Shown here: piece after piece, positions 6,111 through 14,381 of the stretch | How the letters are laid out: each line of letters opens with the position of its first letter | Position numbering within the stretch: position 1 is the first letter of the stretch | Origin: a virus | Taxonomy: Duplodnaviria; Caudoviricetes | IMG/VR virus record: IMGVR_UViG_3300030372_003721 | Location: 1-28,362 of that record | DNA length: 28,362 nt | Direction: 5' to 3' (one strand) | Notes under the pieces: generated by a model | The model's input: the letters and a program-made list of their open reading frames with translations, nothing else | What the model was told of the DNA's origin: nothing | The model's database searches: none | Translations under genes and position numbers: made by a program

Positions 6111-6736
6111 GCCAGCTCTTTCTCCTCAAGCAAGGTATAACTGAACGTCGTCCAATTTGGATGGTGTTCGAGTTGTAAATAGCACAAATCCATAAACTCA
6201 TTGAAGTCTTGTTCACGTTTGAAGACCTGGCACCCAGCGCTATAGGTGTATGTTTTCCCTGAAATGGTTTTAGAGTCCTTCCCGGCCTTGTGGATGTTGC
6301 AGCCAAAATAGCCCTCTTCAAATGTAGAGGTTTCAGGATCAATATCTAAAATCGAATCTCGATTATTATCGCGTGCAATTTTGATGGGCCGGGGCCCTCT
6401 TTGCACCAATGCTCCATAAGTCTGACGATGCAACCCCATCACATAGGCGGCGCGGTACTGACCCGGCACGATGATGGCGGAGCCGTCTTTGTTGTACAGC
6501 TCTGGCTTCAGAAGCGATAGCTTGCCTGGGTCAGTAGTCGCAGGCCACCATTTGGTAATCCATCGACCGCCTTTTTCCTCGCGATAGGTGCAAGTAATCC
6601 AATCATCAAACAAGTCTTTGCTTTGATCGCGCGTCGAGCTGCGAATCCCGATAATGTTTAGATTGAAGGCGTGATTGCCATCAAAAGCAACATGGCCCGC
6701 CTTTTCTACAGCCCGCAAGATTGGCGGCAGCATCAA
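6107..6736 (-). CDS. Putative endolysin with L,D-transpeptidase-like H...SxGC motif
   Basis: NIH(K)...YSAGCQV motif; located between holin-like genes and a membrane protein after the tail module. Confidence 0.6.
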   Translation of the reverse strand: MMLPPILRAVEKAGHVAFDGNHAFNLNIIGIRSSTRDQSKDLFDDWITCTYREEKGGRWITKWWPATTDPGKLSLLKPELYNKDGSAIIVPGQYRAAYVMGLHRQTYGALVQRGPRPIKIARDNNRDSILDIDPETSTFEEGYFGCNIHKAGKDSKTISGKTYTYSAGCQVFKREQDFNEFMDLCYLQLEHHPNWTTFSYTLLEEKELA

Positions 6737-6960
6737 TCTGCCCGCTTGAAGATAAAGTCACACACAAGGTCAACCATGAGGCCGATAACAACCGCCTCTT
6801 GTTTTTCATTGAGGATCGGCAGATTCACCTTGTCATTGATCAAATCAATAACAAACTCACGCTTGGCCTTGCCGCTATTGGGCGCTGGAAAAAGATCCTC
6901 CGCCATCAATACCGCGTGCTTGATCACGTTTGCCCTGTTGATTTTTTTGCGCTTTCTCAT
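6733..6960 (-). CDS. Small protein resembling the soluble part of LL-H-type holins
   Basis: AVLMAEDLF..SGKAKREFV motif; ATGA overlaps at both ends. Confidence 0.6.
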   Translation of the reverse strand: MRKRKKINRANVIKHAVLMAEDLFPAPNSGKAKREFVIDLINDKVNLPILNEKQEAVVIGLMVDLVCDFIFKRAD

Positions 6961-7007
6961 TTTTTCTTTTTCGTTTTTCGTTTGGTTTTTCGCTTCGTTC
7001 CGTACAT
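6957..7007 (-). CDS. 16-aa basic micropeptide MYGTKRKTKRKTKKKK (not in ORF track)
   Basis: TAGGAGG RBS 6 nt before ATG 7007; the stop overlaps the next start (ATGA). Confidence 0.65.
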   Translation of the reverse strand: MYGTKRKTKRKTKKKK

Positions 7008-7017
7008 GGCTAACCTC

Positions 7018-7311
7018 CTACCATTTGATTTTGTTGCTCCAAAAAGCTGCTGACATCTTACCCTTGCGGATGTTTTTAGCGTGGCGACGTTTGAACGCTG
7101 CACGCTTCTCTTTCATGCGCTTGCTCTCACTCTTCTTTGGCTTTCCTGCTGTGCTTGCGCCCTGCTGACCAAACCGAATCAACTTTACCTTGCCACCCGA
7201 CTTAGCCAAAACAATGTGACTCTTGGTCTTGTGGCCTGGGGTGCGCTTGGGCTTATTCAGCTTACTTAGGCCGTAGCGCTTCAGAAGTTTCTTCTCCTTT
7301 TCGGTTGGCAT
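7018..7311 (-). CDS. Highly basic small phage protein (KLIRFGQQG...FKRRH...SAAFWS type)
   Basis: 97 aa, K/R-rich, TAATG coupling to the upstream gene. Confidence 0.85.
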   Translation of the reverse strand: MPTEKEKKLLKRYGLSKLNKPKRTPGHKTKSHIVLAKSGGKVKLIRFGQQGASTAGKPKKSESKRMKEKRAAFKRRHAKNIRKGKMSAAFWSNKIKW

Positions 7312-7568
7312 TATTCAATCCATCCGCTGGTTTTGCATTCTTGGAGTGCCTTGATCATTGCCTGAATGGTGTTTAGTGCCGACTGGGTTGCTTGCTCGGC
7401 TGCATCGGCGCGTGTTTCGGCTGCTTCACAAACGTCCTCAAGCTCTGGATGACCGCCAAGATTTAAGCCGGTAAGCGCTCCAACGCCTCCGCCGCCTCCA
7501 AGCAACAGAACAACGAATACCCAAGGGGGCACATTGCCAAGTGGATTGGTGCCTCCTTCTCCCATCAT
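7311..7568 (-). CDS. Membrane protein with TM helix plus coiled coil (i-spanin-like topology)
   Basis: WVFVVLLLGGGGGVGAL TM segment followed by a helical A/E-rich segment; coupled overlaps. Confidence 0.7.
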   Translation of the reverse strand: MMGEGGTNPLGNVPPWVFVVLLLGGGGGVGALTGLNLGGHPELEDVCEAAETRADAAEQATQSALNTIQAMIKALQECKTSGWIE

Positions 7569-7759
7569 CCCCCCCGCAGCAAAGAACCAACGTATTGTGC
7601 GACAAACATCCCAAAGATCAAGATGCCAGTGGCCTTGTCCAACTTGCTGGAAAGGATTCGGATATCCTTGCGAATCGTATCAATTTCGGACTCAGCCGTA
7701 TCCAGCCGATTGCCCAAAACCGCCACGTCTTTTTCAAGATTGCCGACACGTCGATCCAT
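7565..7759 (-). CDS. Coiled-coil plus C-terminal TM protein (XhlA/holin-like)
   Basis: RVGNLEKDVAVLGNRL..LDK followed by GILIFGMFVAQYVGSLL; GGGGAG RBS. Confidence 0.7.
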   Translation of the reverse strand: MDRRVGNLEKDVAVLGNRLDTAESEIDTIRKDIRILSSKLDKATGILIFGMFVAQYVGSLLRGG

Positions 7760-7762
7760 CGA

Positions 7763-8056
7763 TTACTCCCCCAAGATGCCGCGCAAAAACCAAATTTTCC
7801 AATCAAGGCTTGCATCGCTAAAAGACTCGGCATCAATCAAAGAGCTTTGAATATCAAATTTCTCTTCGTCTGGCACATTATCAAGCAAGGCGAGCGTAAT
7901 CGATTCAGTCGAGTCAATTAGTGCATAATTAGAGTAACTTGCAGCTTTGGAGGATTCCCCCATGCTCACATTCCAAAGCTCGCCAGCCTCAACGTCCGAA
8001 ACGACGCTTTGAGCGGTAGCAGGATCCGAACAGCTAATAAAAGTAATATTGTTCAT
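7763..8056 (-). CDS. Hypothetical acidic protein (possible tail fibre chaperone)
   Basis: 97-aa ORF with ATGA overlap to the upstream tail gene. Confidence 0.65.
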   Translation of the reverse strand: MNNITFISCSDPATAQSVVSDVEAGELWNVSMGESSKAASYSNYALIDSTESITLALLDNVPDEEKFDIQSSLIDAESFSDASLDWKIWFLRGILGE

Positions 8057-9021
8057 GTGATTCCCGTCCTTCCCACCAAAGGTTGGAGGAGCATTTTGAT
8101 AGATTTGATCCTAATCACGCCTTGTACGGATGCGTTTGTGCTCGCGAAAGCCACAAAAGGATGCCAATACTGAGACGCCGCGTTGTAGAATCGCGTGCTG
8201 TTGTCAGTGATGCCGTTGGCTTGATGATTGGTGCCGACTGGATTCCAAGGCTGATCGATTGCATAGCTGCCAGCGTAGGTATCGATTTTTGTATTTCCAG
8301 AAGCTATCGCCATACGCATCGACGATAACTGAAAAACCAAAGCGTCGTGCGCTGCTGCTGGAGCACTTTGCTGGTTCTTCCAAGTAAAACCCGTAACCGT
8401 ACCTCCGTTTTGGTAATAGGTTTTGTATCCGACGCGGTATAGGCTCGTAGAGCTACTTGCGGCGGGCTCCAGATTGGAGTTTTTCAAAACTTGCGCACCC
8501 ATCCATACGGTGGTGTTTCCAAAGTTTCCAGGGCTGCCCCCTTGATCTGATCCGTAGCCGACCAGGCCAGCTATACAGGTCATCTTGTGCCCATAGGCAT
8601 CTGTGCCGCCAGTAGCCGTGCCGTTGATTGGGCCGCCGTTGTCAGTGTCGAATTCCACCTGCAACTTGAACTGGACCGCCTCGGGTTGAAGCAGATGAGC
8701 GGCAACGCCTGAAGGCTGAGACAAGCCAGCATCCGTCACCATTTCGAGGTGCTTGCTACGAATAATAGCTTTTCCTTGCATGGTAGCGCCCTGCATGAAC
8801 AGGTTCGACGGGGCGGCCTGATTGAAGACTAAAACGTTTCCATCCATCGTTAGGCTGGTGTCGCTGTTGACGCCGGATCCGTCGATCGTGCTCCATCCCC
8901 CCACTGTGTTTATATCTGTCAAGTCTTGGAATGAGGTCCAGGGGTTTTGAGTTGCCCCGCCTCCGCCGCCTCCACGTTCCTCTCCCTTGCTGTCAACGCT
9001 TTTAGGCCTTGCGAATCCCAT
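8053..9021 (-). CDS. Putative tail fibre/receptor-binding protein
   Basis: Start reassigned to ATG 9021, just after the upstream stop. Short N-terminus, Gly linker GGGGGG, then a G/S/T/N-rich beta-type domain. Confidence 0.6.
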   Translation of the reverse strand: MGFARPKSVDSKGEERGGGGGGATQNPWTSFQDLTDINTVGGWSTIDGSGVNSDTSLTMDGNVLVFNQAAPSNLFMQGATMQGKAIIRSKHLEMVTDAGLSQPSGVAAHLLQPEAVQFKLQVEFDTDNGGPINGTATGGTDAYGHKMTCIAGLVGYGSDQGGSPGNFGNTTVWMGAQVLKNSNLEPAASSSTSLYRVGYKTYYQNGGTVTGFTWKNQQSAPAAAHDALVFQLSSMRMAIASGNTKIDTYAGSYAIDQPWNPVGTNHQANGITDNSTRFYNAASQYWHPFVAFASTNASVQGVIRIKSIKMLLQPLVGRTGIT

Positions 9022-9022
9022 T

Positions 9023-9403
9023 TTACCACCCCGCTTGCAAAAAATAGACTGTTGTGATGGCGTTGTTCGTTCCGCTTGCCGAGTTGCTTTTGTGGAAGAG
9101 CGTGCCGTTTGAGGAGTAATAGGGAACAGACGGATCTGCGAGATTGCTGATTGTTGCCGCTGCTGTATCGTTTTCCAGAACCACATGAGTCGATGCAGTG
9201 GATCCCGTCGATGTAGTCAGGATTGGATCGATGGTTGCCGCATCTCCAGAGGTCTTATCCGCAAGCTGGGTAAGCAATCGCCCCTTGACTGGCAGCCCGC
9301 TGATCGTTGCCTCGCTTGCTGCTGCTGCGTCAGTTTCTTGGATTAGGATGTGATAATCTCGCCCACCAATATGCGTGACGGTTACGGTTGCTGAATATGC
9401 CAT
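9023..9403 (-). CDS. Small virion structural protein (tail-associated)
   Basis: T/A/S-rich 126 aa; GGAGG upstream; lies between hub and fibre genes. Confidence 0.7.
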   Translation of the reverse strand: MAYSATVTVTHIGGRDYHILIQETDAAAASEATISGLPVKGRLLTQLADKTSGDAATIDPILTTSTGSTASTHVVLENDTAAATISNLADPSVPYYSSNGTLFHKSNSASGTNNAITTVYFLQAGW

Positions 9404-9420
9404 GGTAAAGAGGCCTCCTA

Positions 9421-11046
9421 TTAGCCTACGGGGATTGTATCGCGGGGAATATCGGGAATCAGTAAGAAAGTAAATGTCAGGTCGGACTCACCCCATTCAA
9501 CCGCCTGGACAAGTACAATTTGGTTTTCAAGTGAAAGGTCTGGATCGTTGATTACAACAACATCGCCGATTTCAATATAAGCCAGTTTCTTCCTGCCTTT
9601 ATACTTGATCGTTCTATGCTGCCCACTGTAGGCTCGGCTCATCCAATTGATCACCCTTCCAGCGCTTGCGCGGCTGCTAATAAGTTCCGTGTCAATGGAT
9701 AAACTTTTGAGCCCGTAACGGTTCGCGCTGGCTAAAGTGTACGAATTTTGGGAAATGAACCCAGTGGGAACTTTCGTGATGTCGCCGGTAACCGTCAGCT
9801 TTTTCATCAGTTTATTGAAACGAGAGTTGTGCCGATAGTTGATCGTGATGTCGTTGTACACTGTTCCGGTTTGATACTCGACCATTGAACTGCGAAAAAT
9901 ATCAATGTTTGCAGTAAGGTTTGCCTTTGCATCTTCAACCGTTGCATCGTATCGCCAAACAACAGGATAAAGGCCCTCGCCGGAACTTCGCAGCGAACAC
10001 GGGAGCAGTGGCATGATTTCCGATTTTACGAACTCCATAATGTCCACAACTTCGGCGAGATAAAAATCGAGTTGTATGGCATTCAAGGCATGCGAGGCGG
10101 CAAAGCATCGAGCATCGTCAACACGCGAACCCGACCTTGTGAGCAAATACCTCAAGATGTCGCCAGCCCCAGAAATTGGCTCGACTGTTTTGCTTCCGCT
10201 TGCTGTGACGGAGGTCGTATACGGATTTATCAATCCGCCGTTGCCTTGATCCCACCGAACCCAATATGTGTTTGACGCGTCATAGTCGGCATTTGGAACA
10301 TTGATATAGCTGTATGGCTGCCCGCTTGTATCTACGTCTCCTGTTATCGTTCTCGTTCCTTTGTTCAGAAAAGAACTATCCGATGATTTGATTCCTATCA
10401 GGGTCACTTGGGTGGCTGTGCAAGCATGACCGGCTACAAGGCCGGTCCTATTCCCGCTACCGGGGTCGTTTACGATATAAACAGGCGAGCCAGCAAAGCC
10501 TTGGCTGCCCGGTGCCCCGAAAATCATCGGGTAAACAGCGCCTTGACTGTTCTCCACGCTGTTAGGCCAGTTCACGCTTTCATCAATGACCGCGTTGGGG
10601 CTTGGCATTTGGTTCTGGTTGCGAATGAAATCGGCTTCAATCGTAAAGCTTACAGGCTCGCCAAGAGCACCATAAGACGGCACGTCCACCGGCCCCTGCA
10701 AGATGACAATGCGATCATCATGATCGTCTCCACTTTCCCTTCGGAATACGCTTAGTTCGGCTGTGGCAGAACCAAGATCAACCCCTTGGGCGATCAGCCT
10801 CGCCAAATCCGTCTTGAACGTTAGCGATACCTGTGCGGATGGCATGTTGAAGTCTGGCGTTGCAAACTCAAGTTCGCCCTCAACGCTCACATCTGTGAGG
10901 GTGCCATCAAAAAATATGTCGCCGTAATCGCTTGGAATAGAGAGTGATTCGGTGGAGAAAAAGTAATGGGTTCCTCCAAGAGTCAAATCTAAAAGCCAGA
11001 TCAGCTCTGCATCACGCAATTCGTTTTCTGAAAGATACTTGCGCAC
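9421..11046 (-). CDS. Tail hub/baseplate (Tal-like) protein
   Basis: N-terminal LIWLLDLTLGG..FST, YPMIFG, C-terminal IEIGDVVVINDPDL..VQAVE; position in the tail module. Confidence 0.7.
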   Translation of the reverse strand: MRKYLSENELRDAELIWLLDLTLGGTHYFFSTESLSIPSDYGDIFFDGTLTDVSVEGELEFATPDFNMPSAQVSLTFKTDLARLIAQGVDLGSATAELSVFRRESGDDHDDRIVILQGPVDVPSYGALGEPVSFTIEADFIRNQNQMPSPNAVIDESVNWPNSVENSQGAVYPMIFGAPGSQGFAGSPVYIVNDPGSGNRTGLVAGHACTATQVTLIGIKSSDSSFLNKGTRTITGDVDTSGQPYSYINVPNADYDASNTYWVRWDQGNGGLINPYTTSVTASGSKTVEPISGAGDILRYLLTRSGSRVDDARCFAASHALNAIQLDFYLAEVVDIMEFVKSEIMPLLPCSLRSSGEGLYPVVWRYDATVEDAKANLTANIDIFRSSMVEYQTGTVYNDITINYRHNSRFNKLMKKLTVTGDITKVPTGFISQNSYTLASANRYGLKSLSIDTELISSRASAGRVINWMSRAYSGQHRTIKYKGRKKLAYIEIGDVVVINDPDLSLENQIVLVQAVEWGESDLTFTFLLIPDIPRDTIPVG

Positions 11047-14000
11047 TAAAGCTCTTCCTCGATTGTGATGTTTCCAATCTTGAAGACCTCACCCTCTTGG
11101 GCATCCAACTCGTTACCCACAAGGTTGTCAACGGCTACCGGGCCGATGATCCGCCCGTAAAGGCTTCCAGAAAGCCCCTGAATCGTCTTTACGTCATTCC
11201 CCGAACTACCTGCTTGGACGTTGGGACAGTAGACCACAGGAAGGTTTGGGCCAGCCGTGTGGGCTATAAGCTGTTGCACTCGGCTGGGGGTGTCGCCCCG
11301 ATAGCCGACCGGGGTGGATCCGCCCGTGCTTGTTCCCATCACATAGTCGGCATCTACAGAGGTTCCTTGCAGATTGGTGGTATCAATACCATCGGCCCAT
11401 CCAAAGACAACGCTACGCCTGTTTTTGCCTTGGTTGAAAGCGCTGCGGGAACCATCCGCGTATGTTGTCATTCGTGTGTTTGGCGTGGAGTTTATGACCC
11501 TGCCATAGCTGTAGTCTTGAGAGAACAGCTCAACGCCACCAATGACAGCTTGGCCGACTGTCAGATACCCGTCAGCCGTGCTTTGGGAATCAATAACGAG
11601 CTTTAGCTTGGTAAAGATTGGCGTGATGTTGTGAACGACGATCAAGATTCGAGGCGACCAAATGTTGAGCGTTCCATTTGCTGGCTCGCTGTTATCGACT
11701 CCCGTGAATCGAATACCCGGCAAAACATGGTTTGCAGTGTTGGTCCACACGCCTGGAGTATTGTCGCCAATGCGTCGGATCTTGCTTGACCCGAGATCAA
11801 GCGTTCCGCCTTCAAGCTCTCCTCTTTCGTAATATCGACCGGCAGCGGTTGAGGCCGCTGTGTTCACATTTACAGAATCACCGTTTCGCACATAGGCCAG
11901 ATTTGTTTGGCCGGTTGCCATGTCAATGCTTGCAAGGCTAACCCACGCCGAACCGTTCCAGCCTTGCAGGCTACCAGTACGCCAGTTGCATCCGTCAAGA
12001 TACAATCCGATGGTTCGGTAATCGTTTGGCCCTGTGAATGTCCAAGCGATGGTGTTGGCGCTTGTATTGGTGGACCTCCAACCCTTTGCAGGCGACGGTT
12101 CACTCGGAACAAGCATTTGCTCAAAGCCATAGTCATATCTGGTATCAATATTCCAGCTATCACCAGGAAGTGTTGGCCCATCAATGCCGCGAATCTTCAC
12201 GCCATCATCGACGTAGGTGCTTCCTAAATCGTTGAAAGGCTTGCCAGATAAATCGTCTGGATTGGTGAATCCTGTCGATGACTCGACATTGCCAGCGTAT
12301 TCATCAGATACATAGTTCACGAAAAACCAATGGCTTTCGGCTGTTGATGCTGGAGCATGACCAAAACGAACTTCAGAGGATCCCGAGCCGCTGTCGCTTA
12401 TAGATGCATTGCTACATACTGTTTGCCACTGCTTATCGGATGCGCCATCCCTGACTCTGGCAAAACACGAAATCTTTCCGTTTCTAAAAAAGGCTAAGAT
12501 TTCAACACCATACGTTGCTGTGGTGTCAATCGTCAAAGAGCCTTTTAGGGCTCCGCTGCTGTTGTCTTGGACCTTGACAAGCGTCCCTCGGATAATGATA
12601 TCCGCCGCATATTTGTCGCTTCCGTTCGCCTGGGTAAGCCTTAGAAATATGCTATCGCTCAATATCGTGCTGCTAATATGCTTTACGCCAAAGTGGATTA
12701 TTATTCCCTCTGAAACAGTGCCGGGCGGGGTTTGAACATATCGAAAACCGTTGCTTGTGGTATCTATCTCTAAATAGCCGTTGTTTACGTTCGCGGATCC
12801 TGTCCCGGACTGAGTCCAAGCGTTCCCGATATTGTTAGGCAGCTCAATGGGCAGATACTGATAGTCCCAGCATACTTGTCGTGCATAGTCGCCGTCTTCG
12901 CGGTATCTGCCAAGGGTTACGTCATTGTACCCGCCAAGGAAAGCCAAAGCCAGCGTATCATCTCTGTTAGCGGTTCCAGCAAACCAATTGTGGAACAAGC
13001 CAATTCGCCCATGCGCTGCGACGAGACTAAAGTTTTTGATCTTATCGTTTGAGTTGTTTGACCAGAAGATCATGCCAGCGTTTGGAGCGCCTGCAGCGGT
13101 TCCACACGTTCCTTGGCCCAAGGTCCGATAGTTAGACAAGCGGTTTGATCCGCCTGTCACATCCATTGCAATCAGCGTATTGCTGACGTTCGAGGAGACG
13201 CCATCGCGTCGTGCATTTGCGACAATGTAAAGGATGCCGTCATCTCCGATAACAGCCTCCATTTCTGCCTCGTTCCACTCATCTGTTGAGAACGCGCCAA
13301 TCTCAAAATCTCCATTTCGCAAAGCGTTGGGGCCGTTGAATGATGTGGCGGTAGAAATCGGAATAAAAGCAGAGGAGAGGCTTTTGCGAACCGGGACATC
13401 GTTCGAGCTGATTCGTGTAATGAAGAAGACTTCAAAGCCGTTTGAACTCGGAACGATGGACTGTTGACAGCCCACAACCTCAAGCCCCCAAACCTCAACC
13501 TGCTGAAAAGACTGACCTAAGTCAGAACTGGCATATTGATGAAATCCAGCAACGTAGGATCCACTGGTATCGTTTGCGCGGTGGCCGATAATCAACAGAA
13601 CTTGACCGCCTGAATAGCAAACACGCATTTTTCCAGATGGACCGGAATCCAAATTAAAAGCAGCGGTAGCAGAGGAAACGTCAATAGCTTCATCCAAACA
13701 AGCGCTGTTCGCCAGCGTCCAGTTCGCGCCGTGATCCGTACTGGTAAAGGCTTGAACCTGAACAACGTCCTGACCCAAATCTTCCAGGTAATGGTAAACC
13801 ATCAAACGCCCATCTGGCAGCTTCATAATGCAAGGATGAAGCCCCTGTGTTGGCGCTAAAACTCGACTGTAAAGGGTTGTTTTAGAGCTTGCTGTTCCTT
13901 CGTCGTCGAACGTTCGAAAGATTACGCGATGCTGATCGCTGCCAAGAACCTGGATTACTTCGTGATAAACAAATCCTATCTTTCCGTTGTCCATCAGAAC

Positions 14001-14381
14001 GCTGTGTGGATCGATTGCTTTCTTTATGTTGCCGTTTATGCTTGAAGGGTTGGCTGTTTGTATAATTCTCCAATCCGACATTGCAGAGGGCGGCCAAGCC
14101 CCTCGCCATTGGCTTGAAGAATCGGACTCGTTTTTCCATCGAAAGGTGGCGCCGCCTTGCCCTGGAAATCCAGATCTCTGGGTTGCAATCCTTAGTTGCT
14201 TGTTTGCGCTTTGGGTTCCGCTCGATTCCAGACTTAGGTTTGTGCCTGCTTGTGGCTCGGGAATGCCAACACGGTTTCCTGCCTGCGTGAAGGTACTGTT
14301 GGCAGGATCAATGTTGGCTTTGTTGATTCGGGTATCTGGTACAAGCAGCGCCCGAAAATCGTTTTTGTTGTACTGAGCCAC
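11046..14381 (-). CDS. Large tail protein: Asp-box beta-propeller plus probable distal-tail-like C-terminus
   Basis: Asp-boxes STDHGANW and SSDLGQSF; directly downstream of the tape measure; 1111 aa. Confidence 0.7.
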   Translation of the reverse strand: MAQYNKNDFRALLVPDTRINKANIDPANSTFTQAGNRVGIPEPQAGTNLSLESSGTQSANKQLRIATQRSGFPGQGGATFRWKNESDSSSQWRGAWPPSAMSDWRIIQTANPSSINGNIKKAIDPHSVLMDNGKIGFVYHEVIQVLGSDQHRVIFRTFDDEGTASSKTTLYSRVLAPTQGLHPCIMKLPDGRLMVYHYLEDLGQDVVQVQAFTSTDHGANWTLANSACLDEAIDVSSATAAFNLDSGPSGKMRVCYSGGQVLLIIGHRANDTSGSYVAGFHQYASSDLGQSFQQVEVWGLEVVGCQQSIVPSSNGFEVFFITRISSNDVPVRKSLSSAFIPISTATSFNGPNALRNGDFEIGAFSTDEWNEAEMEAVIGDDGILYIVANARRDGVSSNVSNTLIAMDVTGGSNRLSNYRTLGQGTCGTAAGAPNAGMIFWSNNSNDKIKNFSLVAAHGRIGLFHNWFAGTANRDDTLALAFLGGYNDVTLGRYREDGDYARQVCWDYQYLPIELPNNIGNAWTQSGTGSANVNNGYLEIDTTSNGFRYVQTPPGTVSEGIIIHFGVKHISSTILSDSIFLRLTQANGSDKYAADIIIRGTLVKVQDNSSGALKGSLTIDTTATYGVEILAFFRNGKISCFARVRDGASDKQWQTVCSNASISDSGSGSSEVRFGHAPASTAESHWFFVNYVSDEYAGNVESSTGFTNPDDLSGKPFNDLGSTYVDDGVKIRGIDGPTLPGDSWNIDTRYDYGFEQMLVPSEPSPAKGWRSTNTSANTIAWTFTGPNDYRTIGLYLDGCNWRTGSLQGWNGSAWVSLASIDMATGQTNLAYVRNGDSVNVNTAASTAAGRYYERGELEGGTLDLGSSKIRRIGDNTPGVWTNTANHVLPGIRFTGVDNSEPANGTLNIWSPRILIVVHNITPIFTKLKLVIDSQSTADGYLTVGQAVIGGVELFSQDYSYGRVINSTPNTRMTTYADGSRSAFNQGKNRRSVVFGWADGIDTTNLQGTSVDADYVMGTSTGGSTPVGYRGDTPSRVQQLIAHTAGPNLPVVYCPNVQAGSSGNDVKTIQGLSGSLYGRIIGPVAVDNLVGNELDAQEGEVFKIGNITIEEEL

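Noticed and set aside
9022-9186. N-terminal extension of the 377-aa ORF
   Set aside because: It overlaps gene 9023-9403 in another frame; ATG 9021 right after that gene's stop is the better start.
8053-14381. Diversity-generating retroelement or invertible tail-fibre cassette
   Set aside because: No reverse transcriptase, invertase or TR/VR repeat pair was seen in the window.
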